Assembly: GCA_043798985.1 (NCBI GenBank)
Contig: JAZDOE010000008.1
Location: forward strand, 2,332-66,331
Direction: 5' to 3'
Length of the DNA: 64,000 nt
Origin: Candidatus Falkowbacteria bacterium
GTDB lineage: Bacteria; Patescibacteriota; Patescibacteriia; UBA11705; JACRDX01
Numbering within the stretch: position 1 is the stretch's first letter; each line of letters starts with the position of its first letter. Shown here piece by piece: positions 1 to 10,545 of this stretch. The position numbers were made by a program, and so were the translations under genes. The notes under the pieces were generated by a model. That model did not search any database. It was not told where the DNA came from and saw nothing but the letters and a program-made list of their open reading frames with translations.

Positions 1-1002
1 GCCGCGCACGCGAGTCAAACCAGAAAGCTCGCCTGACTTTTCGTATCTATAAACTGTACCACACTCTGCCCAGCGTAATGGTAAATCCCGATATGACCAC
101 ATTTGAGATTTGTAAGTGCGAACATGAAATGGGCAGTTCATTGGCTTTAACAAATATTCTTCTTTGGGTTTATCAACAATTTCGCCTGTTTGCGCTTCTT
201 TCAACGACAGCCCGACCTCTAATGTCGGGTACATGTTTTCATTGAAAAAATTCCAATGACCAGACGTTTCCCAAAGCTGGCGACTGCCAATATGCGGAGA
301 ACGGACAAGCGCATAACCATTTTTCAAATGTTCCTTGTACCAAAAATCTTCAATCACGCGCCAAAGCATGGCTCCTTTTGGTTTCCACATTGCTAAACCA
401 AGCCCGACAATTGGATCCAATATAAATAAATCTTTTCCAATAATTCGATGATCGCGTTTTTCTGCCTCTTCCAACATTTTCAAATAATTTGCCAGATCTT
501 CTTTTGTTTCAAACGCCAAACCATAAATACGTTGCAACATCGGTCGTTTTTCACTGCCTCGCCAATACGCGCCTGCTAATTTTTGCAATTTAAACGCTCC
601 AACATCTTTCGTTGTCTCAACATGCGGGCCGCGGCACATATCTTCAAAAACAACTTCGCCATTTTTATTCAAATTTTTATAAAAACTGATTTGTGTCTCA
701 CCTGCCGCGGCCAACTCTTCTATCATTTCTTTTTTGTATTCATTGCTATCAACTTTTTTAACCGCATCTTCAACTGACAAAAAATATTGTTCAAACATTT
801 GTTTTTCTTTAACAATATCTTTCATTAATTTTTCCAGCTTGGCCAAATCGTCTGGCGAAAAAGTTTTTCCATTTAAATCAAAATCATAATAAAAACCATT
901 GTCAATCGCAGGTCCAATCGCCAATTTTGCGTCAGGATATAATTTTAACACTGCCTGCGCGAGAACATGCGACAAAGAATGCCGTATTGTTTCGATATTC
1001 AT
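1..1002 (-). CDS. thrS: Threonyl-tRNA synthetase, N-terminal part only; the 3' end of the gene runs off the window. It begins at the editing/second-additional domain with no TGS domain.
   Basis: Reverse translation from the ATG at 1002..1000 gives MNIETIRHSLSHVLAQAVLKLYPDAKLAIGPAIDNGFYYDFD..., then RDHRIIGKDLFILD and the class II motifs NCPFHVRTY / YRYEKSGELSGLTRVRG. The frame stays open to position 1. Confidence 0.8.
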   Translation of the reverse strand, partial: MNIETIRHSLSHVLAQAVLKLYPDAKLAIGPAIDNGFYYDFDLNGKTFSPDDLAKLEKLMKDIVKEKQMFEQYFLSVEDAVKKVDSNEYKKEMIEELAAAGETQISFYKNLNKNGEVVFEDMCRGPHVETTKDVGAFKLQKLAGAYWRGSEKRPMLQRIYGLAFETKEDLANYLKMLEEAEKRDHRIIGKDLFILDPIVGLGLAMWKPKGAMLWRVIEDFWYKEHLKNGYALVRSPHIGSRQLWETSGHWNFFNENMYPTLEVGLSLKEAQTGEIVDKPKEEYLLKPMNCPFHVRTYKSQMWSYRDLPLRWAECGTVYRYEKSGELSGLTRVRG

Positions 1003-1008
1003 AAAGTT

Positions 1009-2139
1009 TTATTTTACTTGAACAAAAATTTTGTTCAGGTTGTTTGGAGTCTTCTTGACCCAAAACGGAGAAAGCTGAACATCAACATTTTCTATTTCAT
1101 CAAAATTCAATAAATATAATTGTACGCCTTTTGGCGTTAATCCAACCAACTTTGATTTGTCTAAAATGGAATTCGTTTCTTTTATAACAGTCTTCGCTTC
1201 CGCGTGAATTTTAATTTCAGCGCTTTTTGTTTTTGCGTCATATTTGCTGGTAGTATATGACAAAGAGTCTGAATCAATATCCAAAACATTGCGGTCTTCA
1301 CTCACAATTGTTTTAACCTTTGTGTTAGCAAGCGCTATGATTTGTTGTTTTTCAACCGCGATTAAACTTACTTTTTGCTTAACGCTCACGTCAAAAGAAG
1401 AAACCGCGTCGCCAATTTTGGCGCCAACAGATTCATCAATGCTCTCACGGTTCACAACGGCAATGAGAAAATTCTGACTGGCTGGCAAATTATTTGAAAA
1501 CTCCTGAATGGCCTTTGCGTCAACATCTTTGGCAATATTTTCTTTAGCTTTCACAATGTCAGCCGCCTTAACAACTTTAATTTCAGATGGCTTGTTTTTT
1601 ATCACATCTTTGCTTTCAGCGTAAATCTTATCCTGCAAACCCTGCCACAATCCCGGAATCAAGAACATTGTCGCTGGAATTTCTTTAAACGCGTCCTGAT
1701 CGTCCGCGTAAACTTGCGCTGTAATTTTTCCGCCGGCAGGAATTGTCACCTTATCTTTTAACCGCAACAAAACTTTATCAGGAGAAAGCAATCTTGTAGT
1801 CGCGACCAATGTCTGCTCCTTTGTATAATTGTTTATCAACGTGACAACGCCGACAATGTTCGTGTCTTTTGGAACTTCTGTGCCAGTTGCTTCGCCTTTG
1901 CCGCTCGTTGACACCGTTGTTTCAAAAAGCGTGCCCGAAAGCGCGTCTTTGCTGCTGCCGTCTGTGGCTATCTGACTGGAAAAATCAGTGGCAACGTTTG
2001 AAACGCGTGGTGTCACAATAATTACAGCCTTGCCCATAGAAAAAACCCCGATCAAACCAATGATGCCCGCCACAATGATTACAACCGCAACCACAGTTGA
2101 ATAATTTACTGAAAAATTTCCAAAATTGCGTTGATACAT
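1009..2139 (-). CDS. Hypothetical membrane-anchored protein: N-terminal TM helix followed by an extracytoplasmic Thr/Val/Lys-rich domain.
   Basis: 376-aa ORF with hydrophobic N-terminus VVAVVIIVAGIIGLIGVF. No family recognised. Confidence 0.4.
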   Translation of the reverse strand: MYQRNFGNFSVNYSTVVAVVIIVAGIIGLIGVFSMGKAVIIVTPRVSNVATDFSSQIATDGSSKDALSGTLFETTVSTSGKGEATGTEVPKDTNIVGVVTLINNYTKEQTLVATTRLLSPDKVLLRLKDKVTIPAGGKITAQVYADDQDAFKEIPATMFLIPGLWQGLQDKIYAESKDVIKNKPSEIKVVKAADIVKAKENIAKDVDAKAIQEFSNNLPASQNFLIAVVNRESIDESVGAKIGDAVSSFDVSVKQKVSLIAVEKQQIIALANTKVKTIVSEDRNVLDIDSDSLSYTTSKYDAKTKSAEIKIHAEAKTVIKETNSILDKSKLVGLTPKGVQLYLLNFDEIENVDVQLSPFWVKKTPNNLNKIFVQVK

Positions 2140-2204
2140 ACATTTTATATTACTTACCCCCTATCCTTTTAATTCTATCATCAACTTCAACGCGTGGCAA
2201 TATT

Positions 2205-5200
2205 CTAAAACGCGTTGGCGCCCAGAACCGCGATTATTCCTTTTTTAAGCGGTTCTGCCATTGAAACCTTAAAATTCGTCTTAACAAACTTTTCGCCAAC
2301 GCGCAAATATACGATGAAATCTCCGGGGTTAGCTAAAAATAGCTCCTTAACTTTCGCCGCAAGCTCTGGCGTGGCATTCGCAGGATAATTTATTACCACG
2401 TGTTTATCTTCATTTTTTTCCTTGTTTCGCCAAAAATTATTGGTCTTAAAATTTCCCTCATCTGCCAAAATTTTCTTTATATCCGCACGGCTTTCCTGCA
2501 AAATTTCCCAAACTTTATTGGCAATTATTCTTGGACTTTCATCCTTGTCTGTAATTTCGCCGAATACAGCAATCATTTTCCCTTCAACAAGCAACGTTGA
2601 CTTATCTTTATACAACCTAGGAAAAATGATTACCTCAACGTTTCCACTAAAATCTTCCAGCTTCAAAAAAAGCATTGGCTCGCCTTTTTTCGTAATAATC
2701 TTTTTTGTCACGCCAACGACGCCTGCAATTTTAACATGACCATCGGTAATTGTTTTTTTGATAATACTATCAATCGGCCGAACCAGCCCGCGCAATTCCT
2801 CGCCCACGCCATTAAACGGATGGTCAGAAATATACAATCCAAGAAATTCTTTTTCCCAATCCATTTTTTGCCACTTGGTCACCTCCTCTTTGATTTCCAT
2901 ATTTAGCGGCATGTATTTGATATTTGTTTTTCCTGTATTGTCGCCAAATAAACTTACCTGCGGATTATTTTGCTGTTCATCAACAAGTTTTGCATAACTT
3001 AAAATTTTATCAACATTATGAAGCAACGTATTTCTATTTGAAAAAGCATCAAACGCTCCGCTTTTAGTCAGTCCTTCAATGGACTTTTTGTTCAAATCCT
3101 TTGACTTCACGCGATTTAAAAAATCCTCCATACCAACAAATTTGCCGTGCTCTTTGCGCTCTTCTGTAATCGCCCTTACCACATTTTCGCCAACATTACG
3201 AATAGCGTTCATCCCAAAACGGATTGCTGGTTTTCCCTGCGACAAACTTTCAGCAACAACGCCAAAATTACTAAAACTTTCATTAATATCCGGCGGTAAA
3301 ATTTTTATGCCCATTTTCTTACATTCATCAATTTCACTCGCCACCCGCTCCATGTCTCCCTGATCAGAAGTCAAAAGAGCCGCCATAAATTCAGCCGGAT
3401 AATTGGATTTCAAATACGCTGTCTGGTACGCGATTAACGCGTAGCAAGCCGCGTGGCTGCGGTTAAAGCCATAACCAGCAAACGGCTCAATAAATTTGAA
3501 AACCTCTTCGGCCTGCGACTTTGAAACGCCCTTGACTATGCACCCTTTTATAAATTTCTCTTTTTGTTCTGCCAAAAGCGTGGCAATTTTTTTACCAATA
3601 GCTTTTCTTAAAATATCCGCCTCACCAAGTGAAAAGCCGGCCAAATCTCTAGACAATTGCAATAATTGTTCCTGATAAACTGCAATGCCATAAGTTTTTT
3701 CCAAAGAATTTTTCAACAATGGATGAAGATATTCAACTTTTTGCTTGCCATGCTTGCGCTTAATAAAATCTGGAATCAACTCCATCGGACCCGGACGATA
3801 CAGCGCTACCATCGCGATTAAATCTTCAAATTCGGTCGGCTTCAGCTGGCGCAAATATGAACGCATGCCATCAGATTCAAACTGAAACACGCCGGTTGTG
3901 CGGCCATCCTGAAAAAGTTTATAAGTTTTTTTGTCGGCAAGCGGAATATTATCAATGTCAACGTTGGTTTTATGAATCGCGTAAATGATTTTTGAGGCGT
4001 GTTCCAAAATCGTCAAATTTTTTAAACCCAAAAAGTCCATTTTCAAAAGCCCTAAATCTTCAATTGGATGCAAAGAATATTGGCTGATAATATTTTCGTC
4101 ATTGCCGCTGGCATATTGAAGAGGAACAAAATTATCCAGCGGTTCTGGGGCAATGACCACGCCGCAGGCGTGGACAGAAGAATGGCGCGCCGCACCTTCT
4201 ATTTTTTTTGCCAAATCAATTACGCGGCGCGCCTGCTCATCATTTTCATAAATTTCTTTGACTTCACTAATCTTAGCAACGGCCTGACTTAATGAAGTTC
4301 CGCTTGGAATTAATTTTGAAAGTTTGTCACAAAAAGAATATGGCACGTCAAGCACGCGCCCAACATCACGAATCGCGGCGCGCGCTGCCATTGTTCCAAA
4401 TGTAATAATTTGCGACACACGGTCTTTTCCATATTTTTGCTCAACATAACGCAGAACCTCATCACGCCTAATATCCGCGAAGTCAGTATCAATATCAGGC
4501 ATTGAAATTCTCTGCGGATTTAAAAACCTCTCAAAAAGCAATTCGTATTTTATCGGATCAAGATTTGTGACATTAATCAAATAAGAAACAATACTGCCTG
4601 CGGCCGATCCACGACCAGGGCCAACAACAATGCGATTATTTTTCGCCCAGTTTATAAAATCCTGAACAATCAAAAAATAACCCGCGTATCCTGTTGTTTT
4701 AATTACTGACAATTCATATTCTATCCGATCAATCACCGCCTTCTGCGCATCGGTCAACGACTTTGTCGTTGGATTAAACCCATAACGTCGCTCAACATTC
4801 GCATAACAAAGTTCTCTTAAATATTCAAATGGATCTTTCGCGCATGGAACCTCAAACGTTGGCAGTAAAATTTTTCCGAGTTCAATTTGCAAATTGCATT
4901 TGTCAGCCACCAGCATTGTGTTTTCAATAACATCCGAATGCTCACGAAAAAATCCTTCCATTTGGCTGGTCGCGAAAAAAGAAAAATCTTCTCCGAGCAT
5001 TGACAGCCTGCCCATATCGTCACGCTTTTTCTTTGTCTGCAAGCATAGCAAAACATCGTGCGCTTCAGCGTCTTCAGTATTCAAATAATGTACGTCATTT
5101 GTCGCGACAACCTTAATATTATGTTCGCGACCAAGTTCAAAAATTGTTTCATTAACCGGCTGTTGATCCGGAATGTTTGGATTATATTGAACTTCCAAAT

Positions 5201-5696
5201 AAAAATCTTCGCCAAATAAATTTTTATATTTTTCAATAATCGCAAAGACATTGCCCTTGCGCAAAATCGCGCGTGGAATTTCGCCCTGCAAACAAGCTGA
5301 CAAACACACAAGCCCCTCGCGATATTTTTCCAAAAGCGGCCAGTCTATTCTTGGCTTATAATAAAAACCCTCCAGATGCGCGAGGGTCGTCAATTTAATC
5401 AAATTTTTATAACCAACTTCATTTTTTGCCAATAAAATCACATGAAAACGCTCATTGTCAGTCATCTCTTTTCGTAAATGATCTTTGACCAAATACATTT
5501 CACAACCAATAATCGCTTTGATTCCAGCCTTTTTACATTTTTGGTAAAATTCAATCGCGCCATACATCACCCCATGGTCAGTCAACGCCATCGCTGACAT
5601 GCCATCATTTTTTGCTTTATCAACCAGCTCGCCAATTTTAGCAAGACCATCAAGCAAACTATAGTGCGAATGCACATGCAGGTGGACGAATTTCAC
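2205..5696 (-). CDS. dnaE: DNA polymerase III alpha subunit.
   Basis: 1163 aa. N-terminal PHP domain MKFVHLHVHSHYSLLDG, polymerase core and C-terminal OB-fold. Probable GTG start. Confidence 0.9.
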   Translation of the reverse strand: MKFVHLHVHSHYSLLDGLAKIGELVDKAKNDGMSAMALTDHGVMYGAIEFYQKCKKAGIKAIIGCEMYLVKDHLRKEMTDNERFHVILLAKNEVGYKNLIKLTTLAHLEGFYYKPRIDWPLLEKYREGLVCLSACLQGEIPRAILRKGNVFAIIEKYKNLFGEDFYLEVQYNPNIPDQQPVNETIFELGREHNIKVVATNDVHYLNTEDAEAHDVLLCLQTKKKRDDMGRLSMLGEDFSFFATSQMEGFFREHSDVIENTMLVADKCNLQIELGKILLPTFEVPCAKDPFEYLRELCYANVERRYGFNPTTKSLTDAQKAVIDRIEYELSVIKTTGYAGYFLIVQDFINWAKNNRIVVGPGRGSAAGSIVSYLINVTNLDPIKYELLFERFLNPQRISMPDIDTDFADIRRDEVLRYVEQKYGKDRVSQIITFGTMAARAAIRDVGRVLDVPYSFCDKLSKLIPSGTSLSQAVAKISEVKEIYENDEQARRVIDLAKKIEGAARHSSVHACGVVIAPEPLDNFVPLQYASGNDENIISQYSLHPIEDLGLLKMDFLGLKNLTILEHASKIIYAIHKTNVDIDNIPLADKKTYKLFQDGRTTGVFQFESDGMRSYLRQLKPTEFEDLIAMVALYRPGPMELIPDFIKRKHGKQKVEYLHPLLKNSLEKTYGIAVYQEQLLQLSRDLAGFSLGEADILRKAIGKKIATLLAEQKEKFIKGCIVKGVSKSQAEEVFKFIEPFAGYGFNRSHAACYALIAYQTAYLKSNYPAEFMAALLTSDQGDMERVASEIDECKKMGIKILPPDINESFSNFGVVAESLSQGKPAIRFGMNAIRNVGENVVRAITEERKEHGKFVGMEDFLNRVKSKDLNKKSIEGLTKSGAFDAFSNRNTLLHNVDKILSYAKLVDEQQNNPQVSLFGDNTGKTNIKYMPLNMEIKEEVTKWQKMDWEKEFLGLYISDHPFNGVGEELRGLVRPIDSIIKKTITDGHVKIAGVVGVTKKIITKKGEPMLFLKLEDFSGNVEVIIFPRLYKDKSTLLVEGKMIAVFGEITDKDESPRIIANKVWEILQESRADIKKILADEGNFKTNNFWRNKEKNEDKHVVINYPANATPELAAKVKELFLANPGDFIVYLRVGEKFVKTNFKVSMAEPLKKGIIAVLGANAF

Positions 5697-7648
5697 AGCC
5701 TTACATCAAAGTCGCTCTCCACAACGCCCTTGAATATTACACGATTTGGACTGATTTTCGTACCAATCGCAGGAATGCTTGGCACATTTTTTGGTAATGT
5801 TAAATCAAGCGAAACATCAATGCTCGGCAAACCAATTTGTTTTTGAATAATCAATGAATAGCCCAATTGCTTCAACTGCTCCTGCCAATTTTTTCCAAAT
5901 TTATACTTTATCATTATCACTTCACTTGTCTGCGGCTCAACATTTAAAAACAAACCAACAACCTTTTTATCCAGCTCATCGCTTACAACATAATCTGTAA
6001 TCTTTTTCCCGGAAATTTGCACATCTAAAATTTCAATATCCTTTGGCAAATAAACGCGTGTCCAGCTGCGATATCGCGTGACGAGCAAATCAAACTTTCC
6101 CTGATGATCATATTTAATTTTCAATTCAGCGCTGGGATTTTCAACATTCGCAGATAGCGTATACTGAATTGAACGTTTAACAAACGGATCTGTTTTCAAC
6201 GCTGCCAAATTCGCGTCAACCACCATTAAATAATCCCCAGCCGTCTTTTTAACTAACCCTGCCCACTCGTACTTTTTTGCCACTGCCTGCTGGATCGGAT
6301 CATTAAAATAAAAAACCATTTGTTTTTGTTCAACGCTGTTTTTCAAAGCCGTCGCCAGCTCACCGATTTTTGCCAAAGGCAATTTGAACAACCGTGTTTG
6401 CAGCTCTATGCCCAATTTACCGACAATAGACTTTCTTTCCTGAAAAGCAACGCCTTTTGTTTTATAGCCATATTCAACTTCGTATTGTAAAGTGTCAGTA
6501 AAATTGTCCGCAGTAAATTTCAAACCATCTACCTCAATCGGCCCGACAATTTTCAACAGACTGGCGATCATTGTTGGCGTCACGCCGATTACTCCGTCAA
6601 ATTTTTCCACTTCGCCTTTTTCAAGCGCGTAAAATTCCTCTACTTTTTTCGCTGATTCGCTAAAATCAGGCGACCAGTTTGCGTCGCGCATAAACCATTT
6701 TGGCTGGCTCATGTATTTTTTCATTGGTTCTGGCGATGGAATATTTAATGTCGCTTCGGATTTTTTGTCCAAATTATAAATGTTATCAGTGAAAAACTTT
6801 TCAATGTCCGCGTTTAAAACTTTGACCACGCCATAAGTCCCCAAAAATCCGCCGCCTGGCCGCATTTCGCTGTTGTTCATCAATAAAAACAAGTATGTTT
6901 TTTCACGCAAATATCCTAAAAATTCCGGCAAAAAATCGCTGGCCACTCTCAATTTTCCCGTTATATCGCCCAGCAAATAAATCTCGTTGCCAAGTTCCTC
7001 GTTCGCAAAAACGCCGCGCAACCAACTGTTCTGTTGGAAATTTTCAAATTCGTGTAGCGCGACTTGCATATTGTCGTCTGTTTTTTTCAAGTCTCCGGCG
7101 ACCGAATCCAACAATGACAAAAACTCTACCTTATTCTTTTCAGACAAATCACCAAAATTCTTAATGCCAACACCAGCAACCATCATTTTCTGTCCTATAT
7201 CTGTCAAATCAAACAACACACCAGAGACGCGCCTGATAGAATCTATTGTCGTCATCACCAAATTAATTTGCTCGCTCACCATTGGCGCTTGACTCAAAAA
7301 AGATTTTTTTAAAACATTCAGCTGCGCGTTAGCCTGTTCAAAATTCTTGCCTGCCAATTGGAATTTAACCTTTGCTGTATCCAAATTAAACTTCACGGCA
7401 TCGTTTTTGCCAGATTCAAGATATGCCTGCCCAATTTTTATTTGTCCATAGCCGGTTTTGATTGCTGAATAATATGGCGCGAAATTCAATGCGGCAATTA
7501 TTAAACAAATTATTCCAACAACTAACGCTGACAAAGCGCAGTACGCTAAAATCTTAAAAAACGCCAACAAAAAATTTCGTACGCTCACAAAAGATCCGCG
7601 GCGCGCGCGCTTTACTTCGCTTAATAAATCCACATTAAACGGCTCCAT
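5693..7648 (-). CDS. DUF4012 domain-containing membrane-anchored protein.
   Basis: 651 aa. N-terminal TM helix; the motif LLMNNSEMRPGGGFLGTYGVVKV matches the DUF4012 signature (NNAE(I/L)RPTGGFIGSYG). Confidence 0.55.
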   Translation of the reverse strand: MEPFNVDLLSEVKRARRGSFVSVRNFLLAFFKILAYCALSALVVGIICLIIAALNFAPYYSAIKTGYGQIKIGQAYLESGKNDAVKFNLDTAKVKFQLAGKNFEQANAQLNVLKKSFLSQAPMVSEQINLVMTTIDSIRRVSGVLFDLTDIGQKMMVAGVGIKNFGDLSEKNKVEFLSLLDSVAGDLKKTDDNMQVALHEFENFQQNSWLRGVFANEELGNEIYLLGDITGKLRVASDFLPEFLGYLREKTYLFLLMNNSEMRPGGGFLGTYGVVKVLNADIEKFFTDNIYNLDKKSEATLNIPSPEPMKKYMSQPKWFMRDANWSPDFSESAKKVEEFYALEKGEVEKFDGVIGVTPTMIASLLKIVGPIEVDGLKFTADNFTDTLQYEVEYGYKTKGVAFQERKSIVGKLGIELQTRLFKLPLAKIGELATALKNSVEQKQMVFYFNDPIQQAVAKKYEWAGLVKKTAGDYLMVVDANLAALKTDPFVKRSIQYTLSANVENPSAELKIKYDHQGKFDLLVTRYRSWTRVYLPKDIEILDVQISGKKITDYVVSDELDKKVVGLFLNVEPQTSEVIMIKYKFGKNWQEQLKQLGYSLIIQKQIGLPSIDVSLDLTLPKNVPSIPAIGTKISPNRVIFKGVVESDFDVRL

Positions 7649-8429
7649 GTTTTTTAATATATTTTATCCAACTTTTTATATGCTCACGAGTCAATTTATC
7701 AAATATGGCGCGCGCACCGCCCTTATCCGCCGACTGCCTGCGATGTAAGTGAATTACTTTCGCATCAGGAAAATAAACCACCCGTTTTCCCATTTGCCAA
7801 ATCCTACGACACAAGTCCGCGTCCTCAAAATACATGAAAAATTGTTCGTCAAACAACCCTGCCTCCATTAAAACATCTTTGCGCGCCAACCAGCAAGAAC
7901 CTTGCGCCCAGTCAATGTCGCGCGTGTCATTATGATCCCAATCAATCATCAAAAATCTGGCCAATTCTCGTTTACCCAATTTGGTTTTTCCCAAAATCGT
8001 TCTGCGGCAAAGCGGAGTTAATAATTTGTGTAATTTATAACAAGAATATTGCAAACTGCCATCTGGATTTAAAAGTTGTGGCGCAATAATTCCAACATCA
8101 TTGTGCGCTTTCAGATATTCCAGCATCTTATCTATGGCGCCCGGAAAAACAAAGATGTCAGGATTCATCAGCAAAATAAATTCACCTTTTGCGGCATTGA
8201 TCCCAATATTTGTGCCAGCCCCCATCCCTATGTTTTCTCCATTTTGGATATATCTGATTTCAGGATGAATCTCTTTCAAATATTCTTCCGCGCAATCTTG
8301 AGAATTATTATCAACAACAACTATTTCAAATGGCTCTGCAATTGCCGCTTCTTTAAGCCATTGAACACAATTTTTGATCAACCGCTTCATTTTGTAATTA
8401 ACTATCACGATAGAAATCATACAAACCAT
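7635..8429 (-). CDS. Glycosyltransferase family 2.
   Basis: ISIVIVNYK...VVVDNNSQD...ILLMNPD, a GT-A fold DXD-type signature. The true start may be the ATG at about 8420. Confidence 0.75.
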   Translation of the reverse strand: MVCMISIVIVNYKMKRLIKNCVQWLKEAAIAEPFEIVVVDNNSQDCAEEYLKEIHPEIRYIQNGENIGMGAGTNIGINAAKGEFILLMNPDIFVFPGAIDKMLEYLKAHNDVGIIAPQLLNPDGSLQYSCYKLHKLLTPLCRRTILGKTKLGKRELARFLMIDWDHNDTRDIDWAQGSCWLARKDVLMEAGLFDEQFFMYFEDADLCRRIWQMGKRVVYFPDAKVIHLHRRQSADKGGARAIFDKLTREHIKSWIKYIKKHGAV

Positions 8430-9418
8430 TTCAACAGATCCTCCTTGTGCACACGACTAGTATGTGCGATTCTGTGACGTTTTTTCATTAATTTAGAAAA
8501 ATTTCTAAACAATTCTCTTATAGCTCGCAAATTTTTAGTTTCAAAAATCAAAACGTAAACAAATTTTAATTTTTCATACCACAAAACATTAAGAAAAAAT
8601 CTCCATTGAACAAAATTTTTGTTCAAGAGATATAAATGATTGCGATATGAATAAAAATTTACAAGATTACTTTTGCTTCTGCGATGTTTCAGTGTTTCTA
8701 ACCATGAACGCCTCCTCTTTTCACGCGCCGTACGCGCGTGATACGCAATGGCTCTACCGACGCGCCAAATCTGCCAACCACGCATTCTCATTCGCAATGA
8801 CAAATCAATGTCTTCTTGATACGAAAAAAAGTCTTCATCAAAAAATTCTTTTTCATATCGCACATCTTCCAGCGCCTCGCGCCTTAAAATCGGACAAGCA
8901 CCGGAAAAACCAAAAACCTCTTCGTCTATTTCATATTTGCCGTTATCCAACTCCCCTTGCGCAATATCTTCAACTTTATAATTCTTAAAAATTCGCAACC
9001 CAACAGAATCAATATAATTTGTTTTCTCATCGTTTTGCAAACGCAAAAGTTTTGGTGTGGCAACGCCTGCTTCCTTATGATTTTCCATGAATTGAACCAA
9101 TTGTTCAAGACATTTTGGTTCCAAAACAATATCTTGATTCAGACACAAAACATACTCGCTCTTTGTCCAATGAATTGCCTGATTATGCGCTTTCGCAAAA
9201 CCAACGTTATCCTCATGCCGCACAACTCGTATCTGCGGATAATTTTCTTTCAAAAAATCAATGGTCTTGTCCGTTGAACCATTATCAATAATCAGCAAAG
9301 AAAAATCTTTAAACGTTTGCGCCTCAAGAGAATCTAAACAACTTTTCAAAAATCTTTCTCCATTCCAAGTTACTAAATTAACGGCTAATTTCATATCAAC
9401 TATCTTACCATATCCCAA
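8417..9418 (-). CDS. Glycosyltransferase family 2 (rhamnosyltransferase-like).
   Basis: LAVNLVTWNGERFLKSCLDSLEAQTFKDFSLLIIDNGSTD...VRHEDNVGFAKAHNQAI. Confidence 0.75.
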   Translation of the reverse strand: MGYGKIVDMKLAVNLVTWNGERFLKSCLDSLEAQTFKDFSLLIIDNGSTDKTIDFLKENYPQIRVVRHEDNVGFAKAHNQAIHWTKSEYVLCLNQDIVLEPKCLEQLVQFMENHKEAGVATPKLLRLQNDEKTNYIDSVGLRIFKNYKVEDIAQGELDNGKYEIDEEVFGFSGACPILRREALEDVRYEKEFFDEDFFSYQEDIDLSLRMRMRGWQIWRVGRAIAYHARTAREKRRRSWLETLKHRRSKSNLVNFYSYRNHLYLLNKNFVQWRFFLNVLWYEKLKFVYVLIFETKNLRAIRELFRNFSKLMKKRHRIAHTSRVHKEDLLKWFV

Positions 9419-10545
9419 ATCGCATACACAATGCCAGCCGAAAACATTATCAGCAATAAAATTTCCATTAACGCACTGCGGGACAATGCGAAAACTGGCC
9501 GCTGGTCGCCTAACTTTTTGGCTCTACGATATGCTGTCACTATCAAAATTCCGGACGCGCCAAAGCTAAAAGCGCCAACCACGCCAAGTATTGTGATAAA
9601 ATCTCTGATTCCGCTCAAAAAAAGCAAAAAAGGCACAAAAACAACCAGCAACCATGCTACTCTGTGATTTATTTTAAGGTCATATTCAAAAATCTGTTTC
9701 AAGCCAAGCCCAACACTCAAAAAACTTGTGCTCAACGTGAAAAATGCAAAAAGATTTCCCACTATTATCGCCCACCTACCAAGCGCGCTGCCCAATCCGA
9801 CCGTTGCCACTTCCGTCACATTTCCACCGCAAATCGCCAATACGGTTGCTGTAAATAAAACATAAACAACCATCGCAATCAGCCCTGCGTAGACAATTGC
9901 TTTTTTTATCAACCGCCGCTCTTCATTCAAAATTTTCTTTACTGAAAAAATCGCTCCTGTCCCGGCATACGCAAAAAGGATCACGCCATACAGCAAAAAC
10001 GTGTTGTGAAAACCAATATTCTCAAACCATGTTATTTGCGACAAAGACGACGCGCCCGCGCCAGAAATTATTAAAACAACCGAGAACACGCCAATCACCA
10101 TTATCAGCTCAATAACTTTGACCCATTTTAGGCCAAAATATAAAACAATTGATCCGGCCAACCAAAAAATAATGCTATGCCACTCTGCGTCGCCGCCCCA
10201 CATCGCGCTCAAAACCGCGCCAATAGCAATAATATATGCCAACAACGCGCCATAATTGCCAATGAAAATTGCCAAATATTCTAAATACTGCCATCCATGT
10301 CCAACATATTTTTTTACACATCCTGCGATTTGATGATCCTCCTTATTGCGCAACATCATTTCTCCTACCATCAAATGTACGAACATCACGGCAATGCCCA
10401 AAACAAAAAGAAATATCAATCCCGCGCCAAAACCAACTTTATGCACGGCAAATGGAATCCCTAAAATTCCAGCGCCGATTATGGTGCCAACAAGCGTGGC
10501 AACAGCTTCCCAAAAATTAAGCGACTTTGACATAAATATTATCAA
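9400..10545 (-). CDS. Amino-acid permease, resembling the aromatic/hydroxy amino-acid transporter family (TnaB/Mtr/TyrP/SdaC-like).
   Basis: 381-aa polytopic membrane protein. The N-terminal motif NFWEAVATLVGTIIGAGILGIPFAV is typical of this family. Confidence 0.55.
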   Translation of the reverse strand: MIIFMSKSLNFWEAVATLVGTIIGAGILGIPFAVHKVGFGAGLIFLFVLGIAVMFVHLMVGEMMLRNKEDHQIAGCVKKYVGHGWQYLEYLAIFIGNYGALLAYIIAIGAVLSAMWGGDAEWHSIIFWLAGSIVLYFGLKWVKVIELIMVIGVFSVVLIISGAGASSLSQITWFENIGFHNTFLLYGVILFAYAGTGAIFSVKKILNEERRLIKKAIVYAGLIAMVVYVLFTATVLAICGGNVTEVATVGLGSALGRWAIIVGNLFAFFTLSTSFLSVGLGLKQIFEYDLKINHRVAWLLVVFVPFLLFLSGIRDFITILGVVGAFSFGASGILIVTAYRRAKKLGDQRPVFALSRSALMEILLLIMFSAGIVYAIWDMVR